In this document: piece after piece, positions 8,532 through 16,566 of the stretch
How the letters are laid out: each line of letters starts with the position of its first letter
How positions within the stretch are numbered: position 1 is the first letter of the stretch
NCBI GenBank assembly: GCA_022449325.1
Contig: JAKUSK010000004.1
Coordinates: 1-36,061, forward strand
Length of the DNA: 36,061 bases
Direction: 5' to 3'
From: Nitrososphaerales archaeon
Lineage (GTDB): Archaea; Thermoproteota; Nitrososphaeria; Nitrososphaerales; UBA57
Notes under the pieces: generated by a model
What the model saw: the letters and a program-made list of their open reading frames with translations, nothing else
Told to the model about the DNA's origin: nothing
Database searches by the model: none
Program-made: the position numbers and the translations under genes

Positions 8532-10298
8532 ATGTGTGGAATAACCGGCTACATTGGAGAGAAGGAAGCAGCTCCAGTTTTATTACAAGCGTTAAAAAGA
8601 ATGGAATATAGAGGTTATGATTCAGCAGGGATTTCAACTATTTACAAAGATAATGTAACAATAAAAAAAGACATTGGAAGAATTGATTCAATTAATGAGA
8701 AGATTGAACTTGGTAAAGCAGAAGGCAAAATCGGGGTTGCGCATACAAGATGGGCTACACATGGAGGAGTGACAAAAGAAAATGCACATCCACATTTATC
8801 ATGTAAACAAAAAGTAGTCATGGTTCATAATGGAATAATTGAAAATTATAGGCAATTATTTAAGGAATTATCAGACAACCATGAGATTAAAAGTGAAACC
8901 GATTCAGAAGTCATAGCACATTTAATTGAAGAAGAATACGATAAAGAAAAAAACCCATTAAAAACATTGCAAAATGTAAGTAAAAAATTAGATGGTAGTT
9001 TTGCATTAGTTGTGATTTTTAGTGATAAAAAAGATGAAATATACGGAGTGAGAAAATATGCGCCATTAATTGTTGGAATTGGTGAACAAGAGAATTTTAT
9101 TTCCAGCGACATAGTGTCATTTATTGATTATACAGATAATGTAATATTTTTAGAAGATAAAGAGATAGTAAAAGTAACATCAAATTCAATTGAGATTGTA
9201 AACTTTGATGGAGATAAAATATCACGAGATAAAACACATGTAGCTTGGGAAGCTGCAGATGTATCGAAGGAAGAGTTTTCGCACCATACAATTAAAGAGA
9301 TTCATGAACAGAGTTCTACAGTACAAAATGCATTAAATCAAGATGATGAAGAATTTGAAGAGTTTGTTAATAAATTAACTAGTGGTAAGAATATATTCAT
9401 CACAGGGTCAGGATCGAGTTTTCACATTGCCTTAATTTTTAGAAAAATGCTTACAAAATTTGTAGATAGTCCAGTTCAGGCGTTTCTATCCAGTGAATCA
9501 GAAGAATATATTGAATCAATGAATGACAATGCAATATTAATTCCCATATCTCAGAGTGGAGAGACTGCCGATTTACTTGAAGTAATACGTAATGTTAAGG
9601 ATAAAGGAGTTACAGTGTTATCGATATACAATACGGTAGGTTCTTCTTTATCAAGAGTAAGTGATTTTAGTCTTAATCTAAATTGTGGTCCTGAGATCGG
9701 AGTTGCTGCAACAAAGAGTTTCACATCTCAATTAGCAATAGTGTATAAAATAATATTCAAATTAGGAAATGTAAAAGATGGTAATGAGAAGATTATTGAA
9801 TTATCTAATAAGATAAAAGATATTTTATCAAAAGAAAAAACCTTACAAGAAATTATTGAATTAATTAATGAATCAAATGACGTGTATTTCTTAGGGAGAG
9901 CAATACATCATCCAATAGCATTAGAAGGTGCATTAAAGTTAAAGGAATTAGCTTACATTCATGCAGAAGGAATGGCAGCAGGTGAGATAAAACACGGTAC
10001 ATTAGCATTAGTAGAAGAAGGTACACCGGCGATTATCATTAATCCGAAGGATGAATCTTATAACGATACAATAAATAATGCAACCGAAATGAAAGCGAGA
10101 GGCGCAAAAATAATTGGAATATCAAGTGAAGATAATGAAGTTTATGATTATTGGATAGAAATTCCTAAAGTAGAGAATATGTTATATCCATTAATCGAGC
10201 TTGTGCCGTTGCAGCTGTTAGCATACTATACTGCGATTAGAAGAAAGAATAATCCAGATTATCCAAGAAACTTAGCAAAATCAGTTACTGTAAAGTAA
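8532..10298 (+). CDS. glmS: Glutamine-fructose-6-phosphate aminotransferase (isomerizing)
   Basis: MCGI N-terminal nucleophile, EYRGYDSAG, HTRWATHG, SQSGET, EGALKLKE, PRNLAKSVTV. Confidence 0.97.
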   Translation: MCGITGYIGEKEAAPVLLQALKRMEYRGYDSAGISTIYKDNVTIKKDIGRIDSINEKIELGKAEGKIGVAHTRWATHGGVTKENAHPHLSCKQKVVMVHNGIIENYRQLFKELSDNHEIKSETDSEVIAHLIEEEYDKEKNPLKTLQNVSKKLDGSFALVVIFSDKKDEIYGVRKYAPLIVGIGEQENFISSDIVSFIDYTDNVIFLEDKEIVKVTSNSIEIVNFDGDKISRDKTHVAWEAADVSKEEFSHHTIKEIHEQSSTVQNALNQDDEEFEEFVNKLTSGKNIFITGSGSSFHIALIFRKMLTKFVDSPVQAFLSSESEEYIESMNDNAILIPISQSGETADLLEVIRNVKDKGVTVLSIYNTVGSSLSRVSDFSLNLNCGPEIGVAATKSFTSQLAIVYKIIFKLGNVKDGNEKIIELSNKIKDILSKEKTLQEIIELINESNDVYFLGRAIHHPIALEGALKLKELAYIHAEGMAAGEIKHGTLALVEEGTPAIIINPKDESYNDTINNATEMKARGAKIIGISSEDNEVYDYWIEIPKVENMLYPLIELVPLQLLAYYTAIRRKNNPDYPRNLAKSVTVK

Positions 10299-10301
10299 AA
10301 G

Positions 10302-10538
10302 TTAGACATCAATAATTTCTTTATCTTCTTGATACGACCATTCTTCTGAAGAGAGTCTATTACTATCTTTATCATAGCAACATAATTGATTACCTTCGTC
10401 CTTGGTTTTACTATGTGTACTATCACAAAATGGATATGTTTTACTTATACCGCACATACAGATTTTGACTTTGTCTCCTGAAGGTGTAATATGAATAAAT
10501 GGCTTATCAGTAGAATGTTTAATTAACCTAGTCATCAA
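10302..10538 (-). CDS. CDGSH-type [2Fe-2S] domain protein
   Basis: CMCGISKTYPFCDSTH fits the CDGSH pattern C-X-C-X2-S-X3-P-X-C-D-(G)-(S/T)-H, with G replaced by S. Confidence 0.85.
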   Translation of the reverse strand: MMTRLIKHSTDKPFIHITPSGDKVKICMCGISKTYPFCDSTHSKTKDEGNQLCCYDKDSNRLSSEEWSYQEDKEIIDV

Positions 10539-10589
10539 AAATACTAAGAAAAATTAGTAATTAAATTTACAGGAAAATCGGAAGATTAG

Positions 10590-10686
10590 TGGGCCCGCCC
10601 GGATTTGAACCGGGGACCTTCGCCATGTAAAGGCGACATCCTAACCATTCTAGGAGTTAAATTAACTCTGGCTAGACGACGAGCCC
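10590..10686 (-). tRNA. tRNA-Val(TAC) with a 22-nt D-loop intron (10648-10669)
   Basis: Reverse complement: GGGCTCG TC GTCT AGCC [AGAGTTAATTTAACTCCTAGAA] TGGTTAGGAT G TCGCC TT TAC AT GGCGA AGGTC CCCGG TTCAAAT CCGGG CGGGCCC A. Removing the intron gives a 75-nt cloverleaf; no CCA is encoded. Confidence 0.95.
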
Positions 10687-10759
10687 CCTATATAATTTCT
10701 GTAATGATTATTTTAAGTCTTCATCCTTAAATTAGATTTTACAATATTCTATTAGAACG

Positions 10760-12001
10760 ATGAAAAGCGATATTTTGGTAATAGATCCAAGCATAGCAGG
10801 AATATCAGGAGACATGATGTTAAGTTCAATAATAGATATTGGAGCAGATGAAAAACTAGTAATTGAAAATTTAGAATCAATAAAAGATTATTTTAAGAGT
10901 TGTAAAAAACTTGAAATAAGTTTCAAGGATGTAACGAAAAATGGTTTTCGTGCAAAAAAAGCAGACATCATAATTGAGGAAGACAAGAATAGTCACAATG
11001 TAGATGAATTAAATCATAATTTAGAAAGGAGTATTGAGAATGTTTCTATATCACATAATGCAAAGGCGTTTATAAAAAATTCTTTTGAGAATTTAATTTC
11101 TGCTGAAAGTGCGTTACATGGTATTAGTAATAAAGAAATGCATTTACATGAAGCAGGTTCAATAGATACATTTGTAGACATTATTGGAACAGGAATTGCA
11201 TTAGATAATTTAAAATTATTTAATTTAAAAGAGATTATAACTACGCCAGTTTCAGTTGGAGGTGGAGATATAACATTCTCCCATGGGAAGATGCAGAATC
11301 CAGCACCTGCAATATTAGAGATCGCAAGAAGAAACAATATAATGATTAGAGGAGGTCCTGGAATGTATGAAACGGCTACTCCAACAGGAATGGCAATGCT
11401 TGCTGCATTAGTAGAGGAAAGTCAAGAAATTTTTCCTGGAATAAAACCAGAATTAATAGGAGTAGGAGCTGGATCTTCGGAGTTTAAGGAAATACCAAAT
11501 ATATTAAGAATTACTTTGGGGGAGAAATCTACGTTATTGACTGATGAAATTGCGATAATTGAAACTAACATAGATGACAGAACAGGAGAAGAGTTAGGTT
11601 ATGCAATGCAAAGAATAATTGATAATGGCGCATTAGACGTATCATTAATACCTACAATTGGAAAGAAAGGACGACCAAGTAATGTACTGAAAGTCATTAC
11701 AAATTTAAGTAAATCTGAATTTTTTTCCGATTTAGTAATGAGGGAAACAGGAACACTAGGTGTGAGAGTTTATCCAATGTCAAGATTCATACAAATGAGA
11801 GAAAATTTGAAGGCAAATATTACAATAAAGAATAATGATGAAGAGATTGATGTAAAAGTAGTTAAATCAGAGTCAGGAGAAATAATCCAATTTAAACCTG
11901 AATTTGATCAAATTGTCAAATTGTCAGAAAAATACAAAATCAATTTAATTGAATTAAAGAATGATATATCAAAACAAATACAAAGAGAATTATTTAATTA
12001 A
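10760..12001 (+). CDS. larC: Nickel-pincer cofactor nickel insertase LarC
   Basis: AGISGDMML, HLHEAGSIDTFVDI, PAPA, TPTG, ETNIDD, KKGRP, ETGTLGVR, KPEFD. Confidence 0.93.
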   Translation: MKSDILVIDPSIAGISGDMMLSSIIDIGADEKLVIENLESIKDYFKSCKKLEISFKDVTKNGFRAKKADIIIEEDKNSHNVDELNHNLERSIENVSISHNAKAFIKNSFENLISAESALHGISNKEMHLHEAGSIDTFVDIIGTGIALDNLKLFNLKEIITTPVSVGGGDITFSHGKMQNPAPAILEIARRNNIMIRGGPGMYETATPTGMAMLAALVEESQEIFPGIKPELIGVGAGSSEFKEIPNILRITLGEKSTLLTDEIAIIETNIDDRTGEELGYAMQRIIDNGALDVSLIPTIGKKGRPSNVLKVITNLSKSEFFSDLVMRETGTLGVRVYPMSRFIQMRENLKANITIKNNDEEIDVKVVKSESGEIIQFKPEFDQIVKLSEKYKINLIELKNDISKQIQRELFN

Positions 12002-12752
12002 TTTTTTTAACAATGATTGATGCAAGAACTCCTGCAGCAATACCAGAATCTATATTGACAGTAGCAATTCCAAGAGCGCAAGATTGGAGCATACTCATTA
12101 GAGCTGCAGTTCCTTTGTCTCCGTAACCATAGCCAATTGATGTTGGAACGCCAATAACAGGTATATCCACCAGACCGGCAATAATAGAAGCCATAGCTCC
12201 TTCACGACCAGCAACTGCAATTATTACATCTACGTCATCTTGAATAACGGATGAAAGTGAAGAAAATAATCGATGTATTCCCGCTACTCCAACATCATAA
12301 TATGTAGTATTTTTGCAACCTACTTCATCAAGAATTACTTTGGCTTCCTCAGCGACAGGAATGTCAGCTGTACCTGCAGTTATAATTGCAACGTGTCCAT
12401 GAATTGGTGTTTTCTTTTTTGTAGATAAAACAACAGTATTTGCAAGAGTGTTTTTACGAATATGTTTTTTTGGAAAAGATTTAGAGATTGCTGTAAGATG
12501 AGATTTATTTGTACGACTGATAATAACATGGCCGGAAGTTGAAAACATATTTTTAGCGATTTTAACAACTTGATCTGGAGATTTTCCTTCAGCAAGAATA
12601 ATTTCAGGAACGCCTTTTCTGTGTGCTCGACCAGTATCTAGCTTGGCAATATCTTGAACTTCAGAAATTGAATTTAATTGAATTTGTTTTTTTGCAGCCG
12701 TAGGAGTAAGTTCTCCAGTAGAAACTTTCTTTAATATTTCATCAATGGTCAT
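11994..12752 (-). CDS. larB: Nickel-pincer cofactor biosynthesis carboxylase/hydrolase LarB
   Basis: PEIILAEGKS, AGTADIPVAEEA, DVGVAGIHRL, AGREGA, VPTSIGYG, MLQSCA, VNIDSG. Confidence 0.94.
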   Translation of the reverse strand: MTIDEILKKVSTGELTPTAAKKQIQLNSISEVQDIAKLDTGRAHRKGVPEIILAEGKSPDQVVKIAKNMFSTSGHVIISRTNKSHLTAISKSFPKKHIRKNTLANTVVLSTKKKTPIHGHVAIITAGTADIPVAEEAKVILDEVGCKNTTYYDVGVAGIHRLFSSLSSVIQDDVDVIIAVAGREGAMASIIAGLVDIPVIGVPTSIGYGYGDKGTAALMSMLQSCALGIATVNIDSGIAAGVLASIIVKKIN

Positions 12753-12762
12753 TTTTATGAGA

Positions 12763-13569
12763 TTATTTGTTTAGATTACCTGATTTATAACCTGATAGTT
12801 CAAGAGTTATGTATTTGAAACCTAGATCTTTCAATTCCTGATCAATTTTATCCATGATTAATTCATTAAATAATAGTGAACGTTCATTTTTACCTACTTC
12901 AATTCTGGCAATATTATTGTGATCACGAACACGTAATATTTCAATTCCTGTAAGTTCTTTGATTAAAGCTTCGGCTCTTTCAATTTTAGAAAGTGTTTTT
13001 AGAGTAATAGGTTGACCATAAGCTACACGAGAAGAAAGGCAGGGTGCAGATGGTCGATCTGCAGTAGGTAATTGAAGATGTTTGGAAATATTTCGAATAT
13101 CAACTTTAGTAAACTCAAGATCTACAAAAGGATGAAGAATTTTATTTTCATCTGCGGCAACTAATCCAGGGCGAAAGTCGGATAAATCGTCAAGATTTGT
13201 TCCATCAACTATAACTTTGATGTTTTTTTCTTTCGAAATATCTGATAAAGTTGAGAATAATTCAGATTTACAATAATAACATCGATTAGATGAATTTTTG
13301 AGATAATCAGGATTATCCATTTCGTTTGTATTGACAATCAAGTGTTCAATTCCAATTGATTTAGCAAGAGATTGTGCATTTTTCAATTCGCTTCTTGGAA
13401 TACTAGGTGAATCAGCCGTTACTGCAATAGCCCGTTTTCCCAAGCTCATAAAGGCAGCTTTGGCCAATAGCGTACTATCTACTCCACCGGAAAATGCAAT
13501 TATAACTGAATCAAAGGACTTAAACCAAGATTCCAGTTCCTGTAATTTTGATGTAATTATACTCTGCAA
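12763..13569 (-). CDS. larE: ATP-dependent sulfur transferase LarE
   Basis: PP-loop AFSGGVDS, RCYYCK, DGTNLDD, RPG, PSAPCLSSR, LRVRDH, GYKSG. Confidence 0.93.
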   Translation of the reverse strand: MQSIITSKLQELESWFKSFDSVIIAFSGGVDSTLLAKAAFMSLGKRAIAVTADSPSIPRSELKNAQSLAKSIGIEHLIVNTNEMDNPDYLKNSSNRCYYCKSELFSTLSDISKEKNIKVIVDGTNLDDLSDFRPGLVAADENKILHPFVDLEFTKVDIRNISKHLQLPTADRPSAPCLSSRVAYGQPITLKTLSKIERAEALIKELTGIEILRVRDHNNIARIEVGKNERSLLFNELIMDKIDQELKDLGFKYITLELSGYKSGNLNK

Positions 13570-13611
13570 TTCTATAATTTTGTAAACATTACAATGGTTA
13601 AAATGTTTTAA

Positions 13612-14172
13612 TTATTCAATCGTGATGGTACGATTTTCAGTAATAATCAAATCCATTGGAACGTCATGTTCTTGGATATCAATGGTATTAATAAGTTGAA
13701 AATCAAATGCCAATGCGATTTTATATATAGAAGCATGAAGAGTTAGAAATTTATCATAGTAACCAGAGCCAAAGCCCAATCGATTACCTGATTTGTCAAA
13801 AGCAATACCAGGAACAATTACAGCATCGATGTTAGTGCAAATCACACCATCAACAGGCTCAGGAATATCAAGATAATTTTCCCTAAGATTCTCCATTCCG
13901 TCGATTGTGTGGAAATCCATAGTTTTAGATTGTCGATCAATTTTAGGCAAACAAACATTTTTTCCTAAATCAAGTGTTTTTTGAATCATACTAGAGGTGA
14001 GAACTTCCGTTTTTAGCGAATAATAGAAGCCGATGCAGTCGCTTTCTTTGAAGATTTGAGTCGAGAATAATTTATCCATTATAATATTAGAATTTTTATC
14101 TATATCATCTGTAGACTGTAAGTTACGAATATGTTTAATCTTATTACGAATTGATTCACGATTATCAGTCAT
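13612..14172 (-). CDS. 5-formyltetrahydrofolate cyclo-ligase
   Basis: IPEP, IVPGIAFDKSGNRLGFGSGYYDKFL, HDVPMDLIITE. Start placed at ATG 14172. Confidence 0.92.
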   Translation of the reverse strand: MTDNRESIRNKIKHIRNLQSTDDIDKNSNIIMDKLFSTQIFKESDCIGFYYSLKTEVLTSSMIQKTLDLGKNVCLPKIDRQSKTMDFHTIDGMENLRENYLDIPEPVDGVICTNIDAVIVPGIAFDKSGNRLGFGSGYYDKFLTLHASIYKIALAFDFQLINTIDIQEHDVPMDLIITENRTITIE

Positions 14173-14179
14173 ATGTGTA

Positions 14180-14551
14180 TTAATTATTATCTTTAATCCA
14201 GGCAATTAATGCTTTTTCATTAGAATCACTACGATTATCGATTACAGGAACAACAATGTTTTCTTGTGGGGAAGTAATAGTTGGAGTAAAGCTAGGCATG
14301 TTTGCGTATTCGATATCAACCCATAGTATGCCTTTGTCAATAAATTGTTCTGAAAGTTGATCGTCAATACCGCTAAAAGTTAGATTTTGAATTCGATAGA
14401 CAATACCATCAATCCATTTAACATAGGGTGATGCCATTGAATGAGATTGTATAGCAGTTCGTCGGGCTAAATTATCAGGTGAATCGTGTTTAATTAAACT
14501 AGAAATTACATATTCTTGCACTTGTTTAGAGCTAATTTTCATCTTTCTCAC
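14180..14551 (-). CDS. Hypothetical protein (probably a conserved archaeal family)
   Basis: 123-aa ORF tightly packed in the minus-strand run; W-x-DG, YAxMP, VPVID and WIK residues look like conserved motifs. Start may be 14542. Confidence 0.7.
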   Translation of the reverse strand: MRKMKISSKQVQEYVISSLIKHDSPDNLARRTAIQSHSMASPYVKWIDGIVYRIQNLTFSGIDDQLSEQFIDKGILWVDIEYANMPSFTPTITSPQENIVVPVIDNRSDSNEKALIAWIKDNN

Positions 14552-14577
14552 TTACAGTGAGTTTAAAGTTGTAATAC

Positions 14578-15078
14578 TTAAATGAATAGTGTTAAAGCGT
14601 CGGGTTCACTAGCCCAAGATAAAAATGCTGAAGCGCCAACAATATCGTCGACTTCGGGAATAAGATTTTCTTCTTTTACATCCATGAATCCCATAGTAGG
14701 AGAACAAGCATGGAGTTTAACGCCGCTGTCTTTAGCCATTTTAATCATGTCGTAAACATTCGGCCAGAATTTTTCAATCTTGCTCTTCATCATAGTAGAA
14801 GCCATTTTAGTCATTCCAGGTATTACACCGACTATATTTGGCATAGGCATACCAGGATTTCCAACAGGAGCAATTTTTACTGAATTAACACCGTCCTTAG
14901 TTAGTGCTTTCAGACCCCAAAAAGTAAAATACATATCAACTTTCATTCCCATAGCAGGTGCTGTAGTGGCGAGAACAAGTGCAGGATAGAGCATGTCTAT
15001 AGTGCCTTTAGATACGACCAATATGAGTCGTTTCTTAAGTTGTTGATTTTCTGGTTGGATATCGGTCAAATTCATCAC
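14578..15078 (-). CDS. DsrE/DsrF/DrsH-like (DsrE2-type) sulfur carrier
   Basis: SKGTIDMLYP, YFTFWGL, conserved Cys in ACSPTM, VGASAFL, C-terminal TLFI. Confidence 0.88.
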   Translation of the reverse strand: MMNLTDIQPENQQLKKRLILVVSKGTIDMLYPALVLATTAPAMGMKVDMYFTFWGLKALTKDGVNSVKIAPVGNPGMPMPNIVGVIPGMTKMASTMMKSKIEKFWPNVYDMIKMAKDSGVKLHACSPTMGFMDVKEENLIPEVDDIVGASAFLSWASEPDALTLFI

Positions 15079-15341
15079 TTTTTCTGTATGTGAAATACAA
15101 AGGTTTTGGGAGAAGTCTCTTCTACAGTACTTTCAAGCAATATGTTTCCTGTGGTATGAGCCCATCCTTCAAAATCAATAGGGGCTCCAGGATCAGTTGC
15201 AATTACTTTAAGAATCTGTCCTGAAGATAATTTAGAGATTTCCTTAGCAGTATTGATAATAGGAAGTGGACAAAGCAAGCCTTTCTGATCTAAGGTTTGG
15301 GAGATGTTTAGATTTTCAGTCATCACTTTATCCAACTCCAA
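15075..15341 (-). CDS. tusA: TusA/SirA-family sulfurtransferase
   Basis: LDQKGLLCPLP (CPxP motif) and ATDPGAPIDFEGW. Start may be 15323. Confidence 0.9.
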   Translation of the reverse strand: MELDKVMTENLNISQTLDQKGLLCPLPIINTAKEISKLSSGQILKVIATDPGAPIDFEGWAHTTGNILLESTVEETSPKTFVFHIQKK

Positions 15342-15345
15342 TTAA

Positions 15346-16011
15346 CTACGCTTTAGAAGGATCGGCGACCAGACGAATATAAGGCTTGACTGTCCTCCAA
15401 CCATCTGGAAACAAAGATTCTGCCTCTTCGTTTTTAACAGCTGGGACAATTATAACATCGTCGCCTTTCTTCCAATTTGCAGGAGTAGCTAATTTATGGT
15501 TCACGGTCAATTGAAGGGAATCAATAATTCTAAGTAGTTCATGGAAGTTACGACCTGTAGCCATAGGATAAGTAAGTTGTAGTTTGATCTTTTTGTCAGG
15601 ACCGATGATGAAAACTGATCTAACAGTTTGATTATCAGCAGCTGTACGTCCAACACAACTACCTTCAGTAGAAGCAGGTAACATGTCATATAGCTTTGCA
15701 ATACGAAGTTCGGTATCTGCGATAAGCGGATAATTAGGACGAAATCCTGTAACTTCAGCAATGTCGTCTAGCCATGCTACGTGATCAGAAACTGCATCAA
15801 CACTAAGTCCGATAACTTTAGTGTTTCTTGCAACAAATTCTGATTCTAACTGAGCAAGTGCGCCAAGTTCTGTAGTACATACTGGCGTGAAATCTTTTGG
15901 ATGAGAGAATAATACAACCCATCCGTCACCAATCCAATCATGAAATGAGATTTCACCTTGAGTGGTTTCTACTTTAAAATCAGGTGCGACGTCATTTATT
16001 CTAAGAGACAT
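15346..16011 (-). CDS. 1-Cys peroxiredoxin (Prx6 subfamily)
   Basis: LFSHPKDFTPVCTTELG, TVRSVFIIGPD, YPMATGRNF, ATPANW. GGAGG lies 8 nt before ATG 16011. Confidence 0.95.
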   Translation of the reverse strand: MSLRINDVAPDFKVETTQGEISFHDWIGDGWVVLFSHPKDFTPVCTTELGALAQLESEFVARNTKVIGLSVDAVSDHVAWLDDIAEVTGFRPNYPLIADTELRIAKLYDMLPASTEGSCVGRTAADNQTVRSVFIIGPDKKIKLQLTYPMATGRNFHELLRIIDSLQLTVNHKLATPANWKKGDDVIIVPAVKNEEAESLFPDGWRTVKPYIRLVADPSKA

Positions 16012-16054
16012 CAGCAGATCCTCCATTTTCTTTATTTTTTATATTTTGGTTCAT

Positions 16055-16083
16055 TAATTATAACCCCGTTATAATTATAATGG
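16055..16083. promoter_or_regulatory. Overlapping inverted repeats (putative operator) upstream of prx
   Basis: Perfect TAATTATAAC-CCC-GTTATAATTA (16055-16077) and near-perfect CCGTTATAA|TTATAATGG (16066-16083). A minus-strand TATA (TTTATATATA) lies at 16089-16098. Confidence 0.5.
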
Positions 16084-16193
16084 CGTTGTATATATAAAGG
16101 TTATGAAAAGACCGGAAGAAATTAAATAATTCTAGTGATAATTAGAAAAGAAATAATCTCATAGATTTAAATGAAGGATAAAGATGATGTGAT

Positions 16194-16538
16194 ATGAATA
16201 CTAAAAATACAAACGCAAATGGAAAGATAGAACTACCAGTAGAATTCCAGGTTGATGTAAGTTTAACAGAATCAAATATTTCTGGAAAAATTTTTAATGG
16301 CGATCTAGAAATTCCAATCTATATAAAATATGGAGATAAAGAAATTTTAATTCCTGAAGAATTTAAAGATGTTGGAAAAAATGTGAAGATAAATTTTACA
16401 ACAGAAAATGAGAACACGGTAATTACAACTGGAAAAGCAAAAAGTAATGAGATCCAATTAGTTCAAATATACGATACAGAATTATGGAATAAGATGGCCA
16501 ATGATAATCCAGTAACAATGTATATCGAAACAATTTAG
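16194..16538 (+). CDS. Hypothetical protein
   Basis: 114-aa ORF with ATG start, acidic and beta-strand-like composition, no overlap conflict. Confidence 0.7.
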   Translation: MNTKNTNANGKIELPVEFQVDVSLTESNISGKIFNGDLEIPIYIKYGDKEILIPEEFKDVGKNVKINFTTENENTVITTGKAKSNEIQLVQIYDTELWNKMANDNPVTMYIETI

Positions 16539-16566
16539 TAGCATTACTAAAAATATAATATAAGAA

